From positions 861-64,860 of the forward strand of contig CAZOWX010000005.1 of the NCBI GenBank assembly GCA_964583795.1: DNA of 64,000 bases, written 5' to 3'. The DNA comes from an uncultured Pseudomonadales bacterium (lineage in GTDB: Bacteria > Patescibacteriota > Microgenomatia > UBA1400 > PJMF01). Shown here piece after piece: positions 36,707 to 46,914 of the stretch; the first letter of the stretch is position 1; every line of letters starts with the position of its first letter. Position numbers and translations under genes: made by a program. The notes under the pieces were generated by a model. It searched no databases, was not told the origin of the DNA, and was given only the letters and a program-made list of their open reading frames with translations.

Positions 36707-36759
36707 GTCTTATCTTTTCTCTTTTCATGGCCTTTGTCAAGGCTATTTGGCCTATGCTC

Positions 36760-37149
36760 TTAAATTTCCAACCAGCTCGTCACTGCAATAGTTGTTCCAC
36801 GGGTGGCTTTAATTCGAACACTCCGTGGGTAGTCAGAGTTCAAACTGGTTACTGTAATATCCCAGTCCGGATTCCCGGAATTGATGGTAACCAAACAACT
36901 TCCTTCAGGACGAATAAGCGTTCCTCCTGACCATCCAGAGACATCATGGATTTTTTGCAAAGCGTCTTCAGCACATCCATCTACCAAGTTCCAGCTGAGT
37001 TCCCCCTTCGAGTTGCTTAGTCCAAGTTGAGCCTCCCCAATTGCCAAAAGTGACACACTTGTTGCAACTCCCATCAACACCGCGCCAATCACTAAAACTA
37101 ACGTCAGCGCAATAAAACCCTCATTGCTTTTTTTTGGTGTGTTTAACAT
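36760..37149 (-). CDS. Prepilin-like minor pilin/pseudopilin (129 aa), atypical motif lacking Glu at +5.
   Basis: KKSNEG|FIALTLVLVIGAVLMGV hydrophobic N-terminus. Small beta-rich body. Confidence 0.45.
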   Translation of the reverse strand: MLNTPKKSNEGFIALTLVLVIGAVLMGVATSVSLLAIGEAQLGLSNSKGELSWNLVDGCAEDALQKIHDVSGWSGGTLIRPEGSCLVTINSGNPDWDITVTSLNSDYPRSVRIKATRGTTIAVTSWLEI

Positions 37150-37150
37150 G

Positions 37151-37672
37151 CTAAAAACCCCTTAGCTCTACAGCAGACTGATACGTCTCACTCGCTTTAT
37201 ACTCGGCTCTTGGGCCACTACCTGACTGCTCAATTGAAAAAGTAAAACCAATGTTTTGGGTCAAGAGATCAACCGATGAGTTGTTTGTAAACAAGAAATT
37301 AGTTACGTGGACACTTGCCGAGTTAAGGTTCGTCGTAGGACCAGATCCTTGTTTGATCGTAATATTGGGGACACTCCAGGTAATAACTGTTGGATTTAAT
37401 GAAGACGTCGCTTTGACTAAGGAAATACTTGTAGAGGTGACACTGTTTATTCCAGTTGAGTTGCGAATCTCAGACTTAACGCGTTCACTGATAAAGCGAG
37501 CATTACTGCTCACTTCATGTTGTATACTACTTTTTGCCTTTACAAAAAGGATATTCCAAACAAATGGAACCAAAGCACTCAACATAATTGTAATTATAGA
37601 CACATACAAAATTGCCTCAATAAAGGTAAATCCTAGTTGGCTTAAAGCCTGGGAATTAAATTTAGACATCAT
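37151..37672 (-). CDS. Prepilin-type minor pilin/pseudopilin (173 aa).
   Basis: ALSQLG|FTFIEAILYVSIITIMLSAL. Confidence 0.65.
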   Translation of the reverse strand: MMSKFNSQALSQLGFTFIEAILYVSIITIMLSALVPFVWNILFVKAKSSIQHEVSSNARFISERVKSEIRNSTGINSVTSTSISLVKATSSLNPTVITWSVPNITIKQGSGPTTNLNSASVHVTNFLFTNNSSVDLLTQNIGFTFSIEQSGSGPRAEYKASETYQSAVELRGF

Positions 37673-37690
37673 CTTAGTTCGCTGTATGAC

Positions 37691-39508
37691 TTATAAATTT
37701 TTCCAGTAGGCGTATGAGAATGGTCCTTGAGTATTTGTCTCAAGAGCAGCGCCAGAATCCGAGTTCGACCAAGTAAACGATGAGGTGGAGTTCATAACCA
37801 ACCGTTTGGCAAAGATATCAAGCGCAGAATCACCAACAGTAAACATCAACCGATCAGGATTCTTCGGATCTAGCTGAATATCGTACCATCCCTGCGGATT
37901 AGCAAAAGCGGGTGTGGGAATAAAATCAGATTGTTTCGAAGGGGCTCCACTACCGCTTCCAATATACCATCCAACATTCGTCGAACCTGAGTCGTGGTAC
38001 ACCACGACGTAGCGCTGCGACGCGCCACTCGTTAACCACCCGGTCGCCACTAACTTTGCTCCTGCTACAGGCGTCGTTGCAGAAGTATCAACATTTGACC
38101 TTCCAGACCAACTCGATCCAGACCAGTACGCCACTGAAAGATCTGATGAAGAATTTCCGAGTGCTGCTAACACCATCTCATTACTCGACGGATTTGCTGA
38201 TAAGTCAATATTAGTCCCCTCATCAGCAACTGTAGGAATAGCCGCTACAGCTGACCAGGATTGGGAATATCGTGCGTACCGCATGCAATTGTTTCCAGCT
38301 GAACAACTCGAAGTTACTCGCGGACTCCACACAACCATTAAATTGCCAGTTTGGCTTTCCATTCCAATATCAAAAGAGGGTGAATCAGCAAACAGTCCTC
38401 CGACTGATTCTAGGTTCGTTTCGAACGCTGTGTTTGGCTCCGCCACACCAAACGAATTACCCGTCCACTCCATTGCCGACAAATCCAGATTGCTATCGAC
38501 CCAAGCGATACCAATCGTGTTCGAGCCACTTACAGGACTTGATTCCATTCGAATCCACTGAACTGTCCCTGTTGTTCTTACAGTAGAAAATGTGGTTGCA
38601 TTACTCCAATTGGCTGCACCACACCCTAAGGTTCCCTGTTTTGTTCGGTACGCTAGCTCGTTTGAGCCACCAGTGTTTGTAGAATACACCAGTAATGCAT
38701 CTCCTGAATTCGTTTCGTAAGCTATTGCAAAACGCTGCGTCTCTCCTGATCCCCCCACTGTTGCTGCCCAATCACTCGTCCACGTCGTTCCATCAAAGCA
38801 CAACACTCGCAACTCACCCACTCCATTGACATAACCCATAATGGCCTCTTGCTTCAAAGGACTTGTTTTTATTTTAAAGCTTTTTCCTGCAATCAAATCG
38901 GAGTATGACGCATCAATGTTTAACTCATCGGTAAAACTGTCAGACGCGTTTGAGTAGGTACGATATTTTGGTTGTGAGAATGCAATCGCATCTCCATACA
39001 CAATAACGCCATCACCGACATTTGCTATTGTTGACTTCCAGTCTGTAAGATACTGCGTTTGCACAACACTCTGAGGTCTAGCGGCCGTGAGATTCCAAGC
39101 AGTCGTGACGGCTACTTTGACCGTGTTCGCATCGAGGGTTCCTCCACTTGATACGATATTCCCTGAACTGTCACGTTCCACACTTTGCACAGAAATTACT
39201 CGAGAAAACCGAGTATCTGATGCAAGTTGATTACTAGAACCTGCAAATTTCCAAACTCCGCTATTTACTGCAACCCCAGTGTTTCCTCCTCCAACCATGG
39301 CATACACTGACGAGAATGATTGATTGCGAATTGACCGGACGGCTTCCATCCCCTCTGTCGTGTACTGGTTTGCAATACTGATTTCAGATCCCAGTCGCAT
39401 GTTATCAAGGGCTGAAACTACCGCCACTACTCCACCAGTCGCAAAAGTAACAAAGATCGCAGCCGAAAGAACCACTTCAATAAGAGAAAAACCACTTCTT
39501 GTATTCAT
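37691..39508 (-). CDS. Large prepilin-type protein (605 aa), candidate pilus tip/adhesin minor pilin.
   Basis: MNTRSG|FSLIEVVLSAAIFVTFATGGVVAV prepilin motif, followed by ~570 aa of Ser/Gly/Thr/Trp-rich beta-rich sequence. Confidence 0.6.
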   Translation of the reverse strand: MNTRSGFSLIEVVLSAAIFVTFATGGVVAVVSALDNMRLGSEISIANQYTTEGMEAVRSIRNQSFSSVYAMVGGGNTGVAVNSGVWKFAGSSNQLASDTRFSRVISVQSVERDSSGNIVSSGGTLDANTVKVAVTTAWNLTAARPQSVVQTQYLTDWKSTIANVGDGVIVYGDAIAFSQPKYRTYSNASDSFTDELNIDASYSDLIAGKSFKIKTSPLKQEAIMGYVNGVGELRVLCFDGTTWTSDWAATVGGSGETQRFAIAYETNSGDALLVYSTNTGGSNELAYRTKQGTLGCGAANWSNATTFSTVRTTGTVQWIRMESSPVSGSNTIGIAWVDSNLDLSAMEWTGNSFGVAEPNTAFETNLESVGGLFADSPSFDIGMESQTGNLMVVWSPRVTSSCSAGNNCMRYARYSQSWSAVAAIPTVADEGTNIDLSANPSSNEMVLAALGNSSSDLSVAYWSGSSWSGRSNVDTSATTPVAGAKLVATGWLTSGASQRYVVVYHDSGSTNVGWYIGSGSGAPSKQSDFIPTPAFANPQGWYDIQLDPKNPDRLMFTVGDSALDIFAKRLVMNSTSSFTWSNSDSGAALETNTQGPFSYAYWKNL

Positions 39509-39951
39509 CTCGATACCATTCCTTGGCTTGAAATTATAATCGTTTCAGTCTCTCCAGCTCCGGAAATGGTGATTGTAGGAGTTGTTCCTGGAAAACCGCT
39601 CACTTTGCTAAAATTCACGTCTGACAACCCAGACACTTGTACTCCTGCATCCACTGAAAACTTTTCATCAAGTGCAACAACTCGCGTATTGTACGAATTT
39701 CCTCGGTAGAGAGTCATAGCATTTGACTGAAAAGAAACCCCCCAATTGCTACTTCCTTTACTTAACATGGCATTCATTTGCGCTTTTCGCAACTGCGAAA
39801 CGAGCAGATCAGTCGTGTTTCCAACCGAACTTTGAGTCAAGAACCGGCTTCCAAACGCGCTGGTCATGGTACCCAGTAACAAAGTTAACGAAATCACCAA
39901 CAATAGTTCTATCAGTGTAAACCCAGTTTTTCGGAACATACGCATTCTCAC
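39505..39951 (-). CDS. Prepilin-type minor pilin/pseudopilin (148 aa).
   Basis: MFRKTG|FTLIELLLVISLTLLLGTMTSAF. 4-bp overlap with the next gene. Confidence 0.7.
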   Translation of the reverse strand: MRMRMFRKTGFTLIELLLVISLTLLLGTMTSAFGSRFLTQSSVGNTTDLLVSQLRKAQMNAMLSKGSSNWGVSFQSNAMTLYRGNSYNTRVVALDEKFSVDAGVQVSGLSDVNFSKVSGFPGTTPTITISGAGETETIIISSQGMVSR

Positions 39952-39981
39952 TAACCACTATGATTTAGCGACAAATCAAGT

Positions 39982-41067
39982 TTAATTATGAATTGATCCT
40001 GTGAGCTCATAAATTGGTGTAATAATTGAAAACGCGACAAACGCCACAACAATGCCAATCACAATCAACATCACTGGCTCTAAAACAGTAGATAAATTGC
40101 GAGAGTTACTTTCTACTTCATCAGCGTAAAAATCGCCTAAATACAAAAGAGACTCATCCAACTTTCCTGTTTTCTCTCCAACACCAATCATTTTCCCCAC
40201 TAAAAGCGGTATGTGCGGAAATTCTTTTGTTGACAATGCATCAGCAATCGTTTTTCCTTTTTCCACTGTAAATGAGAGTAACTGTACATATTTTTTAAAA
40301 ACCAAGTTTGTTGTAGCACCTTCTTGAGCAACCAAAGCAGTCGTAATTGGTAGGCCACTTTTTAACATCAACCCCATGTTCCGACAAAAATAGCTTAACT
40401 GAATCTGTTGAGAAAACACTCCAATGACTGGTAGTTTGAGCAAAAACAAATGCCAATAGTACTTCACTCTTGGAATAGCAATAATTGCTCGAAATAAAAG
40501 AAAAAATAATACGAAGCCCATCACTATGACATGCCCCTGTGTTTTCATCAGGTTCGCCAAAAATAACAGAATTTGTGTACTCAGTGGTAACTTGGCATCA
40601 AGCGAAGCAAACAAATCAACAAGTTTGGGCAACACAAAAAGCGCAATGGAACCACCAGAAATAAAACAAATCATCAATACAATTTCAGGGTAAAGCAGGG
40701 CACCCTGCATCTTCTTTTGAAAATCATAATTTTTCTTGAGTTGAGTCGCCAGATACTCAAGGTTATTTTCCAATGTACCTGACTCTTCGCCAATTTTTAT
40801 TAAATTGATATAAAAGGGATCAAAAATTTTGGGGAACTTGACCAATGCATGCGCTAACGCTTGCCCATTATTTATCCGCGATAAAATTTTTAGAAGCATT
40901 CCCCGAAAAGCAGAATTTTTCGTTTGGGAAGCAATCGTTTCAACTGCTTCCCCAAGCGGAATACCACTTTTTATCATTACCGCCAAATGTTTAGTAAACA
41001 AAAGCTTGTCGAGAAAAGTCACACGGTCAAAAAAAGTTATTTCGGTTTGAGCACTAATTTTTTTCAT
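39982..41067 (-). CDS. pilC: Type IV pilus / T2SS platform protein (GspF/PilC family).
   Basis: 361 aa. Two repeated T2SSF-type cytoplasmic domains with 3 TM (ALVKFPKIFDPFYINLIKIGEESGTL... and a second copy VGKMIGVGEKTGKLDESL). Confidence 0.8.
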   Translation of the reverse strand: MKKISAQTEITFFDRVTFLDKLLFTKHLAVMIKSGIPLGEAVETIASQTKNSAFRGMLLKILSRINNGQALAHALVKFPKIFDPFYINLIKIGEESGTLENNLEYLATQLKKNYDFQKKMQGALLYPEIVLMICFISGGSIALFVLPKLVDLFASLDAKLPLSTQILLFLANLMKTQGHVIVMGFVLFFLLFRAIIAIPRVKYYWHLFLLKLPVIGVFSQQIQLSYFCRNMGLMLKSGLPITTALVAQEGATTNLVFKKYVQLLSFTVEKGKTIADALSTKEFPHIPLLVGKMIGVGEKTGKLDESLLYLGDFYADEVESNSRNLSTVLEPVMLIVIGIVVAFVAFSIITPIYELTGSIHN

Positions 41068-41085
41068 ATCAAATTCAAACAGTAT

Positions 41086-42792
41086 TTATTTTCGTGTGAC
41101 CCTCAAAACTTCATCAATGGTCGTTATTCCCTGCTGGGTTTTTGCCAAACCGTCTTCATTCATTGTTGTCATTCCCTCAACAATAGCTTGTTTTTTGATT
41201 TCATTTGCATCTGCCTTATCGGTAATTAACTTTTGAATAGCAGGACTCATTTCCAGAACTTCGTATACTCCAATTCGACCCATATACCCCGTATGATGGC
41301 ACACCTCACACCCTTTACCTCGATATAAAGTAAATTGAGCATCTTTGCTAAAGTAACGATTAATAACCGCATCCGAAAAGTACTTTACTAACTGCGAGCG
41401 CTCAATGCTGTACGAAACCTTGCAACTCGCGCAAATCTTGCGAACTAAGCGCTGTGCAACAATAACGTTCACAGTCGATGCTACTAAGAATGGTTCGATC
41501 TCCATATCAATCAACCGCGGCATCGCAGTTGCGGCGTCATTGGTGTGCAGTGTTGACAACACTAGATGTCCAGTCATGGCAGAATTGATTGCAATATCTG
41601 CAGTTTCCTCATCTCGAATTTCACCTACAAAAATAATATCAGGATCTTGCCGAAGAATACTCCGCAATCCATTTGCAAAAGTGAGATTTGTTTTTGAGTT
41701 GACTTGGATTTGGTTGACACCAGTTAACTCATATTCAACAGGATCTTCTATCGTGTCTATATTTTTCTCCCGGCTATTCAATATTTTTAAGATTGAATAA
41801 ATTGTGGTCGTTTTCCCGCTTCCGGTCGGGCCTGTTACTAAAAGCATCCCGTAGGGACGCTCGTAAGCATTCTTGATTTTGATAAGATCTTTTTCTGAAA
41901 CACCCAAGTCAGCCAATGAGAAATCTCTTGATTTTGAAGACAGCAAGCGCAATACACAATCTTCACCAGCAACTATGGGAACGATGGAAACACGCACATC
42001 GAGGTCTTCTGCTTCCAGTTTTATCTGTAACTTCCCATCTTGAGCACTGAGGTGTTCATCAGTCCTCAGTTTCGAAAGTACTTTGATTCGTGAAATAACT
42101 TGAGCATGAAGATCCTTTGGCAGGTTTAAAACGTCGTGCAAGACACCATCAATTCGGAATCGAGTCATAGATCCCACTTGATTTGGTTCAATATGAATGT
42201 CAGATGCCTTGTTTGCGTGAGCATACTCGATCAAAAGATCAACGAGTTTTGCTACAGGAGTTTCTTTTACTACCGAAGCATTTGCTGCCTCTAATTCAGA
42301 GTGCAGCAACTCATCAAAACTTGATTGTAATTTCTTACGGTACAACGTAAGAGCATTTTTCAAGTCTTTCGGCGTTGCAAAGTAAACATTGATTGACTTT
42401 CCCGTTTTCTTTGCTATGTTTTGAAGGACATCCATGTGTGTCGGATGAGTGGTCGCAACTTTGAGCAAATTATCTTGCTCTCCAAACACTATCACATTCT
42501 GTTTTTTTGCATACTCTTCTGGAAGGATAGTGAGCAAGTCTTGTGATATAGAAGTTGATGACAAAGAAATAAATGGAAGTTGGTAAAAGTCTGCAACTAG
42601 CTTTCCTAAATTGGCATCTGAAATGAGATCTTTTTCATCTAACACCTCATACAAAGACTGTTCACTTGATTTGGTAGTGAAAAGTTGCTGTAGTTTATCT
42701 TGCTCTATCACTCCCGCATCCAATACAATTTTTTTCAAGTCATCATCGGATAGAGAAGTGTATGAAGAAGTCATAGTATGAAAACACCGCAT
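41086..42792 (-). CDS. pilB: Type IV pilus assembly ATPase (GspE/PilB family).
   Basis: Walker A LLVTGPTGSGKTTT. Asp box and His box regions. Tetracysteine CASCKVSY...CEVCHHTGY. N1 domain. 568 aa. Confidence 0.85.
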   Translation of the reverse strand: MRCFHTMTSSYTSLSDDDLKKIVLDAGVIEQDKLQQLFTTKSSEQSLYEVLDEKDLISDANLGKLVADFYQLPFISLSSTSISQDLLTILPEEYAKKQNVIVFGEQDNLLKVATTHPTHMDVLQNIAKKTGKSINVYFATPKDLKNALTLYRKKLQSSFDELLHSELEAANASVVKETPVAKLVDLLIEYAHANKASDIHIEPNQVGSMTRFRIDGVLHDVLNLPKDLHAQVISRIKVLSKLRTDEHLSAQDGKLQIKLEAEDLDVRVSIVPIVAGEDCVLRLLSSKSRDFSLADLGVSEKDLIKIKNAYERPYGMLLVTGPTGSGKTTTIYSILKILNSREKNIDTIEDPVEYELTGVNQIQVNSKTNLTFANGLRSILRQDPDIIFVGEIRDEETADIAINSAMTGHLVLSTLHTNDAATAMPRLIDMEIEPFLVASTVNVIVAQRLVRKICASCKVSYSIERSQLVKYFSDAVINRYFSKDAQFTLYRGKGCEVCHHTGYMGRIGVYEVLEMSPAIQKLITDKADANEIKKQAIVEGMTTMNEDGLAKTQQGITTIDEVLRVTRK

Positions 42793-42817
42793 TTCACTTT
42801 CATAGAACGAACAGTGT

Positions 42818-43216
42818 CTATAGCGCGATTACAGAGTCCATTTTCCCAATCAAATACGGTTGTTTATCATAAACAATAACAACACCATGAACGTCAACTG
42901 ACATCTTCTTCCCGCTTTTTGAAGTTAAGATCATTTTTCTCTTAAAGTGAGAGTAAGGGTTCATTGCCTCTGGTGCCATTTTTGAAGTATCACCATCAAC
43001 CAACTGAGAATTAACCGATATTGACATAGTATGTTCTTCTTCTTTGGTATATCCTGTAACCTGGCAATGATAATCGCTTACCCACACATATGTCATATCG
43101 TAGACATCAATGATCACATCAGGAGCAGGGATATACTCTTGTGCTTTGAGTAATAACTGCCCCGTTTCTTCTTGGTTCATCATAAAAGTATAATTCTTCT
43201 CAGAGGTGAATTGCAA
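42818..43216 (-). CDS. Hypothetical small cytoplasmic protein (132 aa), possibly PAS-like; first gene upstream of pilB.
   Basis: No TM. The alpha/beta pattern IPAPDVIIDVYDMTYVWVSDYHCQVTGYTKEE is PAS-like (weak). Confidence 0.3.
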   Translation of the reverse strand: MQFTSEKNYTFMMNQEETGQLLLKAQEYIPAPDVIIDVYDMTYVWVSDYHCQVTGYTKEEEHTMSISVNSQLVDGDTSKMAPEAMNPYSHFKRKMILTSKSGKKMSVDVHGVVIVYDKQPYLIGKMDSVIAL

Positions 43217-43568
43217 GACAGTTTAATTCGAAGAATAAAAGCTTTTACTCCCCAAATTACACTCAAAAGAAAGATTATTTACAATTTCTTGTGCTTCATA
43301 ATTGGTCGCGTCAGTGTTGCTTTTTTATCTCTTTTCTGTTCAGAAGTAAGAAGCAAAGAAAGTCATAACTCACAAGAAGGTCAGTTTTCGAAAGAATACC
43401 TTATGTAGCCACCAGTCTTGGCAGCAAAAATCATATGAGTAGAACTCGGTAGCAACACAATGGATTAAACAGGAAACAGTATGCTCGAAGTAATACACCT
43501 ATTGTTTCATTTTGACAGCTCATTTCACAGGAGATCACATCACACTCAATAAGCACTTAAATCGCCTC

Positions 43569-46500
43569 TTACTTCTTCATCCAGGAATAGTACAACACTG
43601 GGATAAAAAGCAACATGATCGTGCTTGCAATCAATAATCCAGAGATGATCGCTCCTCCCAAACCGCGCCAAAGTGGATCAGCGATGGTGATTGGCAAGAG
43701 TCCAAACACCGTACAAAACTTGGTCAAAATAATTGGCTCCATACGAGAAGCCCCCGCGTCCGCTATCGATTCAGTAAACTCCATTCCCTCTTTTCGATTC
43801 AAGTTAATCTTATCGACGATAAACATTGAGTTAGTCACTACAATCCCAAACAGCGACAATACCCCAATCAAAGCTGGGAAAGAAAGCGGTGTCCCAGTGA
43901 GAGCAAAGATAAAGAATACTGATGAGACAGCAAGTGGAATCACGATCAACACAATGATCGCTTGACGAAATGACGCGAACTGCACCACCATCGTAATTAA
44001 AATCAAGATAGCTGAGATCAACATCGCTTGTAAAATCGACTGCACCGATTTAGCGTTTTCTTCATTGACTCCCCCCGTTTTCCACTCGTATCCAGAATCA
44101 AGCTGCATGCTGTCTGCAAATTGCTCCAGACCTTTGTTGAGCTCACTGACTGAAAATCCGGCCTTTACTCCGGCACTCACACTCATGCTTCGCTTGAAAT
44201 CTTCTCGGGTAATACTGGTCGGATTAACCTTGGTGACAAAACTTCCTAGTTCTGTGAGTGGTAACGTTAATCCTCTTGGTGTAGTTACCTGAATTTGAGT
44301 CAAATCTTGTGCATCAGCAATAGAGTTTTGCATTCGAAATACGATGTCTTTTTTATCAGATGAATCTCCATTGAGATTGAGCGAATCGAGCGTCAAACCA
44401 CTCGCAAAAGCTCTCAGTTGTAAACCAAGCACTTGTGGACTCAAGCCATACTGCACCAATTTATTTTGGTCAGGCACAAACACGATCTTACTGGTTCCCG
44501 CCTTAATCGATTTACTCACATTGATCACTCCATTTTGCTGATTGAGGTACTCTACAATTTGGTTGGCATACGAATCGATTTTTTGAGACTCGGCACCTAA
44601 TAGGGTAATTTGAATATCGGCACCAGCTGGAGGACCACTCGATTCTTCGGTGACGGTGACTTTACCTTTTTGAAAATCTCCATAGGTCTGTCGCAAATCC
44701 TGCGCAATAGTGATGGAAGAGAGATCTCGTGAGTCTTTATCCGTTAACTTCAGCGAGTACAAAATCGTATTATTTCCCACACTCACTCCATTTAAACTCT
44801 CTGCACCCCGGCCTATTTCCATGGTTACAAATCGTGTTTCAGCAGTGTGGCGCAGCTCATCCAGCAGTTCCAACCCCACTGACTTCACATCATCAGCCTT
44901 GCTTCCTGCAGGTAGTTCCAACTCTACAAATAACTCTTCTCCGTCAGTTTTCGGAAAAAACTCATTCTTCACGAGTCCAAATGGTAGCAGTGCAAACCCA
45001 ATGACAGCGTACGCAATCACTCCAATCAGTACTTTGCGCCGACTTGATTTTGAAACCAAAATATTGCGCATCATGTTCTTGTAACCTTCTGCAAATGGCT
45101 CAACATCAATGAGTCCTCGTTGAAAAAGTCTACTGAGATAGGTTTTCAACATTGCTAACTTCTTTGATTGCAGACGTTGGGAAATCTTTTTTTGCCCATT
45201 TTGGAAATATTGTGTGTACGTCGCTCGCAGCTTCCAGATCAAAAAGGAAAGAGCGAGATATACAGCTATGATTGGGATCATCAGCGGATTGGTTTTTACC
45301 AACAGCGCAATCACTACTAATGAAATAAGGTATAAAGCGATTTGAAGCAGTGTGATCACTCGCTTGGGCACTACGGGCTTAAGCAACACAATCATGATTG
45401 GTAAGGTGATCAGTACAGCAATCCCAGTGGAAGAAATCATGGTGACTGCAATCACGATCGGAATGGGTTTGATGAACTCACCAATGATTCCAGTGGACAA
45501 AAGCAGCGGCACAAATGACCAAATAGTTGTTATGGTCGTTGACCAGATGGGGACAATGGTATCTTTCCATACCAGGACTCCAGTTTGAACGGGGTTGAAC
45601 TTTCCAGTTTTAAAGTAGGTCGTCATCGCTGAAACCACCACAATGGTGTCATCAATGAGTAGACCTAATGCTAAAAGCAGTGCAAACAGAGACAAAAAGT
45701 TGATGGACATTCCCACCATGTACATAAACATGAATGCGGACAAAAATGTCAGCGGTACGGTGAATGACGAAATAATCGCTTGACGCAAACCGAGAAAAAG
45801 CAACAAAGTGAAAAAGACCAGTAAGATTGTCGATCGAAACTCACCAAGCAAATCAGTGAATTGTTTGGAAATTTCATGACTGGTATCAGCGAGCGTCGTC
45901 ACTTGGTACGCATCACCTTTACTCGCGGTAAAATCATCAATGAGCGTCGTAACTTGTTTACCGGCATCTTCGATATCAGCATCCACAACTTTGTAGACAT
46001 AAAATGTTACCGCCTCAGTAGCAGTTGAATCAGAAGAAGCAAGATAGGCATCGTGATGATCGAGTTTAGGTTTGAGTGAGACATCTGCTACATCAGCCAG
46101 CGAAAAAGTAGCATCGTTGACCTCAATTTTCAAAGCACGAATATCGTCAATACTTTCCACGGCGGAGTCGATTGTCAGCGCAAACTCATTGTTATCAGTT
46201 TGCACACTCCCAGCGGGGTATGACGCGTGCGATGCCTTGATCAATTGACTCAGTTGCATGGGACTAATAGAGTACTCACTGAGCTTATTTTGGTTAATCG
46301 TCACTACGATTTCTTGATCATCAAATCCACTTGATACCACCCGATCAACTTTTGATAAGTTCTCTAAATCATCTTTGAGTTGTCGAGTCGACCGCATCAA
46401 ATCGGGATAACTATTCTTGGTCGAGACCGCAAAGGTCAGGACTGGTTGATCTTCAAAATCTAAGGCGGTGACACTTGGGGTCTGCGCGTCAGATGGCAAG

Positions 46501-46907
46501 GTATTGACTGCATCAACTTGTGACTGAACGTTATCTTTCGCCTTGTCGCGATCAACCGTTGATAAAAACTGGATACTTATCGCACTGACATTTTCCCTTG
46601 AGGAAGACACAATCGTGTCAACATCTTTCAAGCTTCGCAGTTTGTCTTCGATCGGAATGGTGACCAGACTCTCAACATCTGCTGGTCCAGCACCAGGAAG
46701 AACCGTTACCACGGTAATAATTGGAATTTTCACCTCGGGATTGAGACGGTGAGGCAACTGCAAAAAGCTTGCCAACCCCATTAACGAAATCGTCAAAATC
46801 AGTAACACCACCAACCGAATGTTGGTAATGTACTTCGCCACAGCCCCAAACATCTGTTTGGGATCAAACTGTAGTCGCTCGAGGTACGATGCTGCTTTCT
46901 TGGCCAT
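43569..46907 (-). CDS. RND-superfamily efflux permease (AcrB/HAE-like, 12 TM with two large loops). Start taken at MAKKAAS, 7 nt after the adaptor stop; the ORF is open up to 46961.
   Basis: N-terminal region IRLVVLLILTISLMGLASFLQLPHRLNPEVKIPIITVVTVLPGAGPADVESLVTIPIEDKL is typical of RND permeases. Length ~1110 aa with a duplicated TM architecture. Confidence 0.8.
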   Translation of the reverse strand: MAKKAASYLERLQFDPKQMFGAVAKYITNIRLVVLLILTISLMGLASFLQLPHRLNPEVKIPIITVVTVLPGAGPADVESLVTIPIEDKLRSLKDVDTIVSSSRENVSAISIQFLSTVDRDKAKDNVQSQVDAVNTLPSDAQTPSVTALDFEDQPVLTFAVSTKNSYPDLMRSTRQLKDDLENLSKVDRVVSSGFDDQEIVVTINQNKLSEYSISPMQLSQLIKASHASYPAGSVQTDNNEFALTIDSAVESIDDIRALKIEVNDATFSLADVADVSLKPKLDHHDAYLASSDSTATEAVTFYVYKVVDADIEDAGKQVTTLIDDFTASKGDAYQVTTLADTSHEISKQFTDLLGEFRSTILLVFFTLLLFLGLRQAIISSFTVPLTFLSAFMFMYMVGMSINFLSLFALLLALGLLIDDTIVVVSAMTTYFKTGKFNPVQTGVLVWKDTIVPIWSTTITTIWSFVPLLLSTGIIGEFIKPIPIVIAVTMISSTGIAVLITLPIMIVLLKPVVPKRVITLLQIALYLISLVVIALLVKTNPLMIPIIAVYLALSFLIWKLRATYTQYFQNGQKKISQRLQSKKLAMLKTYLSRLFQRGLIDVEPFAEGYKNMMRNILVSKSSRRKVLIGVIAYAVIGFALLPFGLVKNEFFPKTDGEELFVELELPAGSKADDVKSVGLELLDELRHTAETRFVTMEIGRGAESLNGVSVGNNTILYSLKLTDKDSRDLSSITIAQDLRQTYGDFQKGKVTVTEESSGPPAGADIQITLLGAESQKIDSYANQIVEYLNQQNGVINVSKSIKAGTSKIVFVPDQNKLVQYGLSPQVLGLQLRAFASGLTLDSLNLNGDSSDKKDIVFRMQNSIADAQDLTQIQVTTPRGLTLPLTELGSFVTKVNPTSITREDFKRSMSVSAGVKAGFSVSELNKGLEQFADSMQLDSGYEWKTGGVNEENAKSVQSILQAMLISAILILITMVVQFASFRQAIIVLIVIPLAVSSVFFIFALTGTPLSFPALIGVLSLFGIVVTNSMFIVDKINLNRKEGMEFTESIADAGASRMEPIILTKFCTVFGLLPITIADPLWRGLGGAIISGLLIASTIMLLFIPVLYYSWMKK

Positions 46908-46914
46908 ACTGAAA

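Noticed and set aside
43217-43568. 350-bp intergenic region between the RND permease 3' end and the pilus operon start, with a 78-aa ORF (43172-43408).
   Set aside because: The ORF is low-complexity with no signals. The region is more plausibly the pilus-operon promoter/5' UTR.
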